Below are positions 47,244 to 59,430 of a stretch of DNA of 64,000 bases, piece after piece. The position numbers and the translations under genes were made by a program. The number at the start of each line of letters is the position of its first letter. Position 1 is the first letter of the stretch. The stretch lies in assembly GCF_009914755.1 (NCBI RefSeq), contig NC_060927.1; one strand, given 5' to 3'. Origin of the DNA: the human T2T-CHM13v2.0 reference genome, Homo sapiens. The notes under the pieces were generated by a model that ran no database searches, was not told the origin of the DNA, and saw only the letters and a list, made by a program, of their open reading frames with translations.

Positions 47244-49216
47244 TATATATATTTTAAAAAGCAGAAACAAAATTTGAAAAGTAATGCTACCACCTATGTA
47301 AATTATTGAGAATATAATTTGGAGGTCTTGTGGTTCAAGAATTGCTGCAACTCTAGATTACTGAGTGGTTTGCTCATGTTTTTGTTTTTAGTTCAAAAGC
47401 AAAGTGCCCTCATCACTAATTGCCCTTCTAATTGTAAGTTAACAGTGGGGAAAGCAAGCCCGTGGGGATTACTTGCAAAGCTATTTTACAGCAGACTACG
47501 TGGGTTGTCCACACATGAATGGAACAGACCCAACTTGTATAGTAACATAAATAATATTGACCGACCTGGTCATTCATCAAAATTAAATTGATATGCGGCC
47601 CCATGAGGCTTGGTTGTCTTAGTCTCTCCTCTAGACATAACATTTATCTGATAACTCACAGAGCTTCCAGACCAGCTCCAACCTCCTCCTTAGCTTAGCT
47701 CTTCTTACTTTAGCCTTCATAATAAGCCTTCTTTATTTAAAACTCTATTAGCCAAGAAAAGATTAATGAGCCTTTACATTTTTAAAAGATCAAAAAGAAA
47801 AAAAACAAAGAAAGAAAATAGGAGAGACATTTTATTTGTTTCACACAAGGACAAAAATTGGTCTCGCTCACTGACTTCATCCAGCTTCATGCTCTTGTGA
47901 ATCTGGTTGGCTCTTTTGTACCTATTTGTTCATTTGCTTAATGGTCCTTTGGGGCCTCTCCAACTAGTAGCATAAGCCAGAAGAGGAGAAGCAATCTATT
48001 TTCCAAAAGGGTGCATTTAAAAAAGTCATTTTGCCTACTCCATTTCACAAAGAAACAATGGTTGTAAGAGCTCTGGGACATTAATTTTTCACAGGCAAAA
48101 TATTCATCTTAATGCATATAGCCATAGGTTCAAAAAGTAATGTTAAGCTTGTGTATGTTGGCCACAGTAGTGCTATTCAAGACCTCCTCCTAGTTCCCTG
48201 TTGCAAAAGACTTTTACCCCACTGTGTTTGGTGTTTTTCTTTGCATTTCAAAGCCCTGGAATCAAATGCAATTGAGGTTGCATGCTGGATTTTGGGGGCA
48301 CGTATGAATTTACATGCATTTATGTCTTTAATGAATATTAAAGTGGGGTTATTTTTCTAAAGCAACTCAAAACAGGGTGGAAAATCTGACTTTTCTTTGT
48401 TTTAACCAGAACTTGGTAAAATAGATGAAACACCCTGGAAAGAGACATGGTCACTTGAGTGACCTCATTAAATATGGCTACCCTGTCCCTCCCAGAACTC
48501 CCATTTTTTGCAGTTAGCCATTAACATGGCTAGGTTAAGTAGCAACAAATTATGATGAAGGTGCAACTTGCTCTTTTATTTGGGAGAGGAAATAAAATTA
48601 TTCTGAAGCTCAGGATGATACAGCTCTTTGTAAGGTTTGCTTCATAATTGATCTTTCTTGAGCGAGAGGTGAAATGTCTTGGACTGAACAAGATGAGGCA
48701 GCAGGCCTGATAAAATGGCACTGATGTATATGAACACATAGAGAAAAGAGGCCAACTGCAACAAAATGCCAACAGACACAAAAGTCATGCCACCGGAAAT
48801 GGAGCAGAAATGCTATTTGTGAATCTGCTTCATAAAGGACATTTTTTTTAAGCTAATAACATCTTTCTATACAATTTCACATGTACAATATCACTTAAGC
48901 CTCTTTTTGCTCCATATCTAAAGCTGCAGGAAGTCCAGCAGCCGTGCACTGTGCTTTTATTAGGTTGAGTATATCCAGATGATTTTAATAAAGTTTTAAA
49001 AGGACATTAGTTTCCTGCTATTTCAATGAAAACCACTTGCAAGATGAATTTAAAGCAATAGGTCTATTTCTTGTCAACACATGCCCTTTTTTAATGCAAA
49101 TATGCCACCCTTTTCTAATAACCAACAAAACTACACACAAACACAATTATCAGCTGCATGTGACATGGGAGAAAAATATCATCCTCATAAATGTTTAAGG
49201 ATGAAGAGATGGTAAG

Positions 49217-49653
49217 AGTGATAGATGCCACTGTATGCTGCTCGGATTCCTCCTAAAGGACTGGGGTTCCTCTGACCTCCAACTGCTGGAAGCTCAGAGT
49301 CTTGGATACTGTAGTCTCTCTCTCTGGGAGTTGTCCTCAGCTAAATGGTGGCTTGTCTCAGGCCATGTGAACTCTCTAGAGCTCACAATCCAGTAACTGG
49401 TCAAAATGTGCATGGGGTGGAAGGGCAAGGAGAGGTGTTTAAAGACCCAGTCCCCTGATGCCAGATGACCTGAGGGACCATCCTAGTTTCAGAGCTTCCC
49501 TTGGGAGCAACTGAAGTCCGTGTTGTGACTGCATTATAATTCAGCATCTCCTTCTGCCCAGTTCTCCTTCGTGCAACCTCCCACTGAGCTTCATCTCAAG
49601 AGAATTCTTCCCCTCAACCCTATGCCCTCCCCCTGCAAATCTCCACCTCAGAG
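49217..49653 (+). mobile_element. LTR16-family LTR broken at its 3' end
   Basis: gggaccatcctagtttcagagcttccc...tgttgtgactgcat...ctccttctgccca...tgcaaatctccacctcagag, then an abrupt switch to Tigger4a. Confidence 0.78.
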
Positions 49654-50426
49654 CCAGGAATATTTTGGATTTCAAATATTTTTGGATTTTGGAACATTTG
49701 AATTATACTTATGGGTTGAGTATCCCTAATCTGAAAATCTGAAATCCAAAATGCTCCAGTGAGCATTCCCTTTGAGCACCATGCTGGTGCTCACAATGTT
49801 TCAGATTTTACAGCATTTCAGATTTTGGATTTTCAGATTAGGGATGCTCCACCTATATTGTTAAACAAAATATAACAGGATTAAAAAGAAAAAAAAATCT
49901 AAGCACAGTCCTATCCCCTTCACAGGTTTGATTTATCTGCGTTTTCTTACACTCTGTATCCACGTGTATTCATTTCTTCTTCCACTCCTTCATTCTATCA
50001 GTGTTTATTAAGCACTTTATATTTCTCAGTCAGTGGTTTAGGCCAGGAATGGACAAATATTTTCCATAATGGGCCGGATAGTAAAAGGTGTAGGCTGTGA
50101 GGGCCACACAGTGTCTGACACAACTACTTAGCTTCACTGTTTTATCACATAGGCAGCCACGAACAATATGTAAACCAGTGGGTCTGGAAGTGTTCCAATA
50201 AAATGTTATTTACAAAAAACAGGTAGTGGGTCAGATTTGGCTGGTTGGCCATAGTTTGCAAACTCTGCCACAAGGCCAGGGGGCTATAGAGGCCAACGAA
50301 ATAGTCCAAGTCCCATTTAACACACATTGCAGTTAAGGGAGGTGGATAATATATAGCAGACAAATAACAATAAGTTTGGGGAGTACCAAGTACAATGAGG
50401 GAAACGTGTATGACTCACGTTAGAAT
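49654..50426 (-). repeat. Right arm of the inverted duplication (derived copy): truncated Tigger4a 49654-49855, MER58A 50044-50267
   Basis: Reverse complement of 46465-47209; ORFs 46559+ and 50145- share QTMANQPNLTH...EHFQTHWFTYCSWLPM. Confidence 0.95.
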
Positions 50427-50456
50427 CATTCCTTCATGGGAAGGAATATTCTTCAC

Positions 50457-50485
50457 CATCTTAGGTTGGGTTCCCTGTTCACTCT
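50457..50485 (-). mobile_element. Displaced, inverted LTR16 3' terminus
   Basis: Reverse complement agagtgaacagggaacccaacctaagatg matches the LTR16 end ...cagagt...gggaacccaacctaagaca. Confidence 0.65.
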
Positions 50486-51159
50486 TATCACATCTTAGTG
50501 GGTACTTTTCCCCTGGACTTTCTAAAATATTGAACCACAGTACTCAGACACTCATTGTGGCCATCACTGACCCCTGAATATAAAGAGCATAAGTTGGCAA
50601 CCACTTCTCTTAATAATTTTTATGGTCCCTTTTTGATTAAAAATTCTATGATGCTCTAAGCCAGACAGTTCAAGATTCAGTTCTTGCATGGTTTATTCAC
50701 CTTTTCTGTATGTGTTTATGCAGCCTGTGTCATTGTTATGAAAGGATCAAAGACATGGGACCCAATTAAGAAGGGCAGGCATTTCAGCCTGAGGGATGAG
50801 AGGGCAAAGGGAGAGTAGGGTAGGGACAATTATCCGGGCAGAAGGCACTGGCATACAGGATAAATCCAAGATAGATCCAAGAGGCTGTGATGCTTTGAAG
50901 GGAACTCTGTATGTGGCTATGTGTTATGGGAAAGGCAAGGGCAGAGATGGGGTAGAAGAGTTAAAGCTGGAAAGGCTGAGTGGTAACTATGTACCAATGA
51001 GCCTTAAAGCATGTATCCTAAGAACAAGGAAGAACCAGTGAAGAGTTATAAGTAGAAGAAGTACATGATACATTTTACACATTGAAAACATCACTCTGAA
51101 GATTGGACAGAGAATGGTTTGGTTTGGGGACAGAGAGGTGAGATAAGACCTTGTACCAA

Positions 51160-51460
51160 TCATCATTAGTATTACTAAAAATTGTATTAAAAGATTGGCA
51201 TCTTTTTTTTCAAGGTGGGTCATGAAATTAATGTAATGGAGTGTGGCCAGTACTTAAAAAAAGGAAGAAGAAAAAAATAAAAGAGTATAAACATTACAGC
51301 ATCTGGCACATGTAAGGGGACTGGTTCACGAAAGTCTTATGTAGATTACTGTGAGTATGTAGATTATTGTGTGAGCTCGCGTGGTTGTGTGTGCATTTTT
51401 ACTGGGTAATGACTTCAAATATATTTCTATATGTTGAGGTCAAAGAAGTTTGCCCAGCAT
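51160..51460. mobile_element. Old hAT-Charlie-like element
   Basis: gggtcatgaaattaatgtaatgg...tactgggt...atatttct...ggtcaaagaagtttg. Confidence 0.45.
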
Positions 51461-52570
51461 GACTCCAGACCTCAGGAAGCCTTACTAATGCCTGCTACAA
51501 GTCACCAGGGGAACCAGGTGTCAGCCATCAACAAAGCAGCACAAATCCATCTCTCTCACTAGAAAAATGGGCTCAAGAGAGCAGGTCCTATTGCTGATAC
51601 TTAAGAACCTACCAACAAGTTCAAATTAAAAAGATTTGCCTCAAACGACCCAGAAAGGGACTGCTATGAAAAGATGCATTGGTTTAATGTATTTCATGCT
51701 TGTCAGTGGCATTTCTGGACCATCTCTGTGGTGTTAGATATTTGTGGTCTCCTCAACTTCCTGTGGTTCAGTCACTTTTTTGCTTAGCATTTACCATGGG
51801 AGCGCAGGGACAAGCCATCTGTACAGGAAACTTCAAAGATGTGTTTTGGTTTACATTCTGTTACAATGAAGTCAATGCAAATTGTTTTTATGTTGTTTTT
51901 TTAAAAATTTGTTATTTTACTTGTTTTTGGAAGGGGGATAATAAGGGGAGTGAACAAGGATTGACCATGGTTTATAATATGGTGTGGCCTGACCTTAAAA
52001 AAAAAAAAAGAAGTCTAACAGATGTTAATGTTGATTCGTTGTTTTCAGCAGGAATCTACATTTTGCCATTTTTCAAATTCTACTTGGATGCAGATTTGTC
52101 TTAGCAGAGGAAAATGCTAAATTTCCATTTAGATATATTCGCTTTGCCAGTGGCAAGTTGCCATACTCTTGTCCATTTCTTATTTTTTTCAGAAATAGCA
52201 CAAACACTTCCTTGAACTTGAGGCTGACCTGAACTTTATTTGATGCCCTTTCAAAGGCCAACTGAGAGGCATTATTCCTCATGGAGAAGGCACTCAACTA
52301 GAGTTTAGAGTGAACCAGAAGGAACCTTAGGGTGAATATAATCCAATTCCTGTTAATTTTGCAGATGAGGCAGTTGAGCTTCAGAGAAGCAATGTGACTT
52401 GCCCAAGGATACGAGCTCACTGGTGGTAGAGCTGGGCCTAGACACAAACTCAGGACTAGACAAGGCTCTACTCAGTTGGCCTCACTGCCTCTTCAAATGC
52501 TTGGCCGCATCTCCTTCAGATGGCAGTTTCATGGAAAACACCGGCCATGCAAATCAGATAAAGGTCAGCA

Positions 52571-52636
52571 TGAATTTGGTTACTGGCAAGAAAATTTCTG
52601 AACTGAATTTTGTTACTGGCAAGAAAATTTCTAAAC
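52571..52636. repeat. 33-bp tandem duplication (2 copies)
   Basis: tgaatttggttactggcaagaaaatttctgaac / tgaattttgttactggcaagaaaatttctaaac. Confidence 0.92.
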
Positions 52637-52915
52637 TAATTGATATTGTAGAATTGGACATTTTATTCATTGGTTATTTTTATTATCATAGTAGGAGTCT
52701 CCGGACAAAATTGGTAGTTTATTCACGGTACTTACTATTTCAGATAAGGTGGAAGAAAAAGTTGCCTAAGGATAGTTAATGTTTCTTATCTGATATGCAG
52801 AATATTTTCCCCTTTGAATTATGATTACTGAAAGTGCATAAATTATATCTGGAGGAAATATTCAGATCATGCACTGGAGTTGGAATCAAGGAGGGAAGTT
52901 TTTAATAATTTAGAC

Positions 52916-53126
52916 CAGGGTTCTTAAACTCAGCATTATTGACATTTGGGACCAGACAATTCTTTGTTATGGGGGCTGTCTTGTTATCATAGGATGTTTA
53001 ACAGCATTCCTAGCGTCTATCTGCCAGAAGCCACTAACACACCCCTAGTTGAAACAACCAAAACTGTCTGTAGACCTTGCCAGATGTCCCTTGGGAAGGT
53101 GAAATAGTGTGAGTTGAGATTCACTA
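52916..53126 (-). mobile_element. MER20
   Basis: MER20 antisense with a perfect 8-bp TSD atttagac (52908-52915 / 53127-53134). Confidence 0.92.
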
Positions 53127-53980
53127 ATTTAGACAATTTGGGTGTTTAAAATGTAAGGGGATAACTCTTTTATTAAAAGTGAGGGTTCTTATTTTTTCTG
53201 ATTACAAATGTAATAAATACTTATATTTTTAAAATACGGAAACACATTACTGAAATAATACCAAAATGCCAAGGTATTACTTTGCAATTTGGTATTATTG
53301 AAAATGACTGAAAGGTCAGTCTCCACATGTTGTCACACTCAACAAAAGCACAAATCTGACATCCAAAAATCAATGAAAATAAATTTAACTTTCCACCAAC
53401 ATCTCCCTAAGAGATATGGAGACAGGAAATTGTTGTTCATGACCACCGAAATGCCCTCAATTCCCTCTGCACCATCTATTAATTGCTTTCATCACAGCAG
53501 ACAACAGTTACTCTTTCACAATCTCTCTTCTCCCTCCAACTTGACCCCACATTCCGACCCCTGCTAGCTGTCCTGTCTCCTCTCCCTGCCTATGCTTTAG
53601 CACCTATCAACTCATTTCTTCTTCACGTGGTTCTCTGGCCTTCCCAGCTAGATCCCTGTAAACTCTTCTGTTTGGCTGACTTACCCATTACCTAGATCCA
53701 CACAAGAAAAGACCTGGAATCTCCCTTGGAATGTCCTGAAATGAGGCAAGTTGTCAACCTTTATATAAGACTATTTTTTATCACAGTCATATTATAAAGA
53801 AGAAAATAAGAATCAGCGGCAATTCTACTAACAAACCACACAATTAACAATTTAGTAGATACCTAGGTAGGTGGTTTTAGCACATAGAGCTGTAAGAAGG
53901 GAATCAAGGTGAAAGTAGGTCGTTTGCCTTCCCCAGGAATGAAGGAAAAATAAGATAATTTGACCTTTGCTTCAAAATCC

Positions 53981-54297
<317 letters not shown>

Positions 54298-54794
54298 TAA
54301 GGCTGACTTTAGGATATTTCAGTTTAATAGAATCATCATCATCATTTAAGTATTTACTATGTACCACAGTATAAGCATTTTACAAGAATGTCATAGGTAA
54401 CTTTCAATACAACTACCAAGACAGGTGCCATTAATAGTTGCAATTGACAGATGAGGAGCTTGAGTCTCTCAACAGTTATGTAAGCTGCCCAAGACCACAT
54501 AGCTACTAATTTTTACTTGTAAGTGCAAGAAAAATTCCCATACTCAGGAATGTCTGGCCTTACCACCTCCTTTCCCATGTGTCTGTCTTTGAACACCTGG
54601 TGTGGCCACGTGAGGAGCATCAAGTTGTCATTTCCACTCATCCTTCATCAAACATACACAGAGAGGTGAAGAAGGGCTGGTCTGATGGGCCATAGAAGAC
54701 AGTTGGCCCATAGTTTCTACGGTAAGAACCTTTCTAAGTATTCATCCCCATGCATGTCAGCCATGCCTGTGCTAGCTTGGAAGTATCTTCAGGC

Positions 54795-55137
54795 CATGTT
54801 ACTCACAGTGTGCTCCACCATCCTGCAGCATCAACATCACCTGAGAACTTGGGAGAAGTGCAGAATCTCAGGCCATACCCCAGACCGATTGAATAGTTCC
54901 CGAGATGATTTGAATATAATGGTTCCAATATCTGAAAAGCTGGTCCGAATACAAGGATTCCACATTCCAATAATTCTCAAACTTAAACATATATCAAAAT
55001 CACTTGAAAGACTTCTGAAAACAGATCGCCGAGTCTCCCTCGTAGGGTTTTGGATTCTGTGTCTGGAGTGGTGCCCAGTCGTTTGCATTTCTAACAAGTT
55101 CCCAGGTGGCACGGGGACCACAGTTTGTGAACCATTG
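54795..55137. mobile_element. MER5B-like fragment (54795-54920) and MER5A (54968-55137)
   Basis: gcagcatcaacatcacctgag...cagaatctcaggcc; tttgcatttctaacaagttcccaggtg...ggggaccaca. Confidence 0.75.
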
Positions 55138-56982
55138 CTACAGTCAAATAAATGAGGAAACTCCTAAAAGTTAAACAAAATTAAGCTAGGTGATTTTCTA
55201 TCAGGTCTTCTCAGAACTTAAATATGCAAATACTGTTTCTCAAATCTTTGGCCCATTGAAACAATTTTTGCCAAAATATCACTATAGATTAGTCTTCCAC
55301 AAAATGAACCTAGGGGACCATTGGTCTGCAAACAATAGAATCTGGCAATTTTGACTTAAAAAAAAAATGCTGAATGTAATAAAATGACCCTTTGGGTTGG
55401 GGGAGAGAGAGTCTTGGTTTTGGTGTCAGGTCAACACAGCTGTTGCGTCTTTTAGCAAATGAATAGTACATTTCTCCAAGGGATTTGTACAGACTGAAAA
55501 TAAATTCTAAATTATTGAGATTCACATAACATAGACCCGGAATGAAAAAGGGACAAAAAATATATCTGCAATGACATTTGAATTGCTGTTTCATCCCCCC
55601 TATTGAAATACAAGCCAAGAATAAAACATTGATTAAATAGAGAGCATTGACATTTTACTCCTGTGGTGCTGGATGCCAGCCTAGACAAAGAGCCGGTTAA
55701 ATTCAAAAGACAAAGAGTCCTTTTGTGAGGCAGTCAGTTCATCTGGGAGAAATATTAAGTGAAGTCTCTAAGGATAGAGTTCTCCAACATCTTTACCTAC
55801 AACACTCATTGAGAGACAGTGGGTAAAATCACACTCAAAATATATGGGGAAGGAGGTTACAGGCATTTATTAAAGGATTGTTGGGATCCACATAAAACTC
55901 AACTTTTGTCTCCACAGAGGCCAATTTATAATAGGAAGTGAAAATCAAAATGGCCAATGAGAGAAAAGCAAGAAAATACATTCTTCCAAGTAAAGAAAAC
56001 ATGAAGTGTCTCTTTTATCACATTATGGGTAGGAGATACAGCAGTGGAGAAGATGGATATTTTCTATACCCTCAAAGATCATACCCTGGAATAAGGGGTA
56101 CAGGTTCAAAACTAATAAAAGAATAAATCAAGTAAGTGTTATATTTGAAGATAAATAAGGAGAGGAGATGGAGAATAACAGGGTTTGGGTAGATGCTTTT
56201 TAGGAAGTGTGCTCAGGAAAAGCTGCTCTGATTTATTTGAGCTGAAAAATAAAGACAGAGAAAAAGTGAGCCATGTAATGTTTGGGTAAAGAGAGTTCTA
56301 GAAATCCAAAATACTGTGTGAAAGGACTACATCCGGAAAGAAACGAGGATATTTACAGAACTGAAATGAGACTACATTTATTGAACATTTGCCTTGTACA
56401 AGTGATCATGCCGAGTCATTTGTGAGTGTGAGAGTGTGTGGTTGTGTGTGTGTCAGGATGGAGTGTAGGGGGTGTGATGCTGTTCAAGGACTAGTTAGCC
56501 TTGGCCTTCTGTTCTGGGCCTTTTTTTTTTTTCCTCTGATTCATTCACTCAGCCCCCAGATGCTACATGATGGTTTCCACCATGTTAATACAGAACGAAT
56601 AAGCCATTTGGCTGTGTCAGTTCTACATGTAGAGTCATGTATTGTGTTCTAACCATTGGTCTTGCTAAAGGTTTCTTTTCGATCTCCTGCCTGTGGTTAA
56701 GAGCTATTCCTTGACATTCAGGCTAAATTCAGTTTTCCACAAACAACTTTAACAAGGTGAAATTGCTCAACAACTTTAAATATTTAATGAGGCTTGTCAC
56801 TGTCTTCATTGTGGTGCTACAATGAGAGATGAAAGAGGCTTTGGACCAAAATTGGGGCATGATGGCCCAAATCAATTCTCCTTATATATATTATTGTAAA
56901 AGAGTGTCAGATAAATGGATACTTTAGGTAGATTTTAAATATAAAGAGATAATTTAAGTATTTATTATGGTACAGGTAAAGA

Positions 56983-57289
56983 TTTTTTATTTTTTATTTT
57001 TTGAGACAGGGTCTCACTCTGTCACTGAGGCTGCAGTGCAGTGGCACAATCACAGCTCATTGCAGCTTCAACCTCCCCAGAGTTAGGTGATACTTTCACC
57101 TTAGCCTCCCGCGTAGCTGAGACTACAGGTGCATGCCACCACACCCATCTAATTTTTTTGTATTTTTTGTAGAGATAGAGTTTTACTGTGTTGCCTAGGC
57201 TGGTCTCAAACTGCTGAGCTCATGCGATCCTCCCTCCTTGGCGTCCCAAAATGCTGGGATTACAGGCATATGAGCCATTGCACCCAACC
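56983..57289 (-). mobile_element. AluJ
   Basis: Antisense dimer; flanks aggtaaagat/agataaagac. Confidence 0.92.
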
Positions 57290-58489
57290 AGATAAAGACT
57301 TCTTAAGCCAATACTTACAAAATAAGTATGCAGGGGCTACAAATATATGTAGAAATGATGTTGGCAAAGAATATTTTAGAAAGTGAGTATGCAGATTATT
57401 TTTACATTATTATATTATTATAACTAAAATGAAAATAAAACACATGCAAAGAGACCCCAAAAGCTTGGGGTTAATTATCAAATCCTTTTCCTCAGTCACA
57501 CAGAGCAGGGCATTTCTTCCTGAACGACAAAAAGGACTGGCAAATGAATTTAAGGAAAGCGAGACAGCTTGCTTTCTAAAGCTCACACTGGTGGAAAGAA
57601 TGCATTTATCTTTTCCTCTGTGATTTCTAATATTTTAAATCTGAGCATTTGCCTTCTAAGAAGTTCTAATCCCTGATACAGAAACTTTCGCACTGTCATA
57701 GCAGAACAGAGGCCATGTGATTGCTTCATCACTCCAAAGTCCCAGATCCTATATTTGCTTTGTGCTTTTAAGTGTCATCAAGTTAATCAAGGCTGGCTGA
57801 AATTATTTGAAGACCAGGCAAAAATCTGCTTTGCTTTGCTTTTCTGCAATATGGCCTGATTTTGTAATCATACCCACATGAATCTGGCCTGTGTTGTTAG
57901 AAAAATTATCTCCTCATTAAAAACAAATCTTAATAGGCCTAATTTGGAGCCTGCTTTTGTCTGTAACTTGATCAAGAGAGTAATGAGTGTGAACCATGCT
58001 AAACAGAGGGAGACTAAAAGGAAGTCAGAAACATTCAACAGTGCAGATTACAGTCACATCAGCATGCTTTTGGTATGCAAATAAAGCACACTGGGCAACA
58101 AAATAAAATATAAACGGCTTGCTTCTATTTCTGTTCTTGACACTCTTAGGGCATGTGGGAAAACCTAAGTCTCAGTGAAAGGATTCAGTTTGAGAAACAT
58201 ATAATTGCTCTTTTTGGGGCCTCTCTTTAATTTCCTTAGTTGCAAAATGGGGATAATAATGTCTATAATTATTATAATAGGGTGGTTATATGGATTAAGT
58301 TAGTAGATGTAAAGCATTTAGAATAGTGTCTGGGTTTCTAGTCCAGCACATAGTTAATGATAGCACGTACCATAAGGTCTAGCTGTTATTATTGTTTTTG
58401 TTATTATTTTTGACTCCCCTCCTCCTGCCACACCGCATTCTATGTGAGCAGGAACACCAGGAGTAGACTCACAGAATTTCAGAACTTTT

Positions 58490-59430
58490 GAGTATTGCTT
58501 CCAGAAATACGTTCCATGAACATCCACTGTTATTTAAGATATTTGTTGTATGAAAAAGGATTTCTCTGATCAATTACTTTTGGGAAATGCTAGGTTTAAT
58601 AAAATCAAAACCGTTTTTACCATAGGGTCTTTTAGAGGGCAAGGGTTCAGGAAAAGAATTATTTTTTCCTCGTACATCACTAGGCTCTTGGCCAAGACCC
58701 CTATGACAAAAGACAGATTAACAAAAGAAAAGCAAATGTATTTAATGTCATATATTTAACATAAACACATTTATATTTGTATTACTATAAATACAGATTT
58801 ATTCAATATAAATTTTTTGTGACACAGGAGACTTCAGAAATGAAGATGCAAAGACAACAGGGGAAACCATATATGTTTATGGACAGTCATGCCAAAGTAT
58901 GATTGGAAGACAAAAAGGTATGGTCTGATGGTAATAAATGGGGTGGGGTGTTCTCGGCAAGGCCTGTTTGTTTGGATTTCTTTTTGGCATCCATGTGACT
59001 TCCCTTTCCCCTGGGTATAGGGCAGGACACTGTCACAGAGCCTTTAGTGGAGAAGGAAAGAAGAGGGCCAGAGAGTAAACTCCCTTGGATTTATGGCCTG
59101 CTTCAGGGAATAAAAGCATCAGGAATTCAAGTTTATGGCCTGCTTGGAAGGGAGGGGAAGAGCTTGGAGAGAAGGTCAGAGAGACCTTCCTGCTTCTGCG
59201 GCTTTTTTCCAGTTTCCTTCAGCTTAAACTTCCTGTGTGCTAAGGTACCATCTTTTGGGGTATTATGCTCTGAGCCCTGTCAAGATCCTTTAATATGCAG
59301 GCAATATGAATCTCACAGAGGGTGATATTCCATTCAGTCTTTCCTAAATTTATTTGACCACAGAGCTCATTTGTTCTACAATGTCTTATAACCCTTCAAG
59401 GAACATTAGTTCTTGAAGAAAATTATGGAT
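58490..59430. mobile_element. MER103C-like hAT element split by an LTR
   Basis: tttgggaaatgctagg...tttagag [LTR] cctttaatatgc...tttcctaaatttatttgaccacag. Confidence 0.6.
58640..59282 (-). mobile_element. MER34/MER39-group ERV1 solo LTR
   Basis: acaaaagacagattaacaa...gaaggtcagagagacc...aaggtaccatcttttggggta...ctgagccctgtca. Confidence 0.75.

Noticed and set aside
46559-50363. Two near-identical small ORFs on opposite strands
   Set aside because: Both are translations of the duplicated MER58A; useful only as evidence for the inverted repeat
39917-52636. Short direct repeats as a CRISPR-like array
   Set aside because: Each has only two adjacent copies, with no spacers and no cas genes, in eukaryotic DNA
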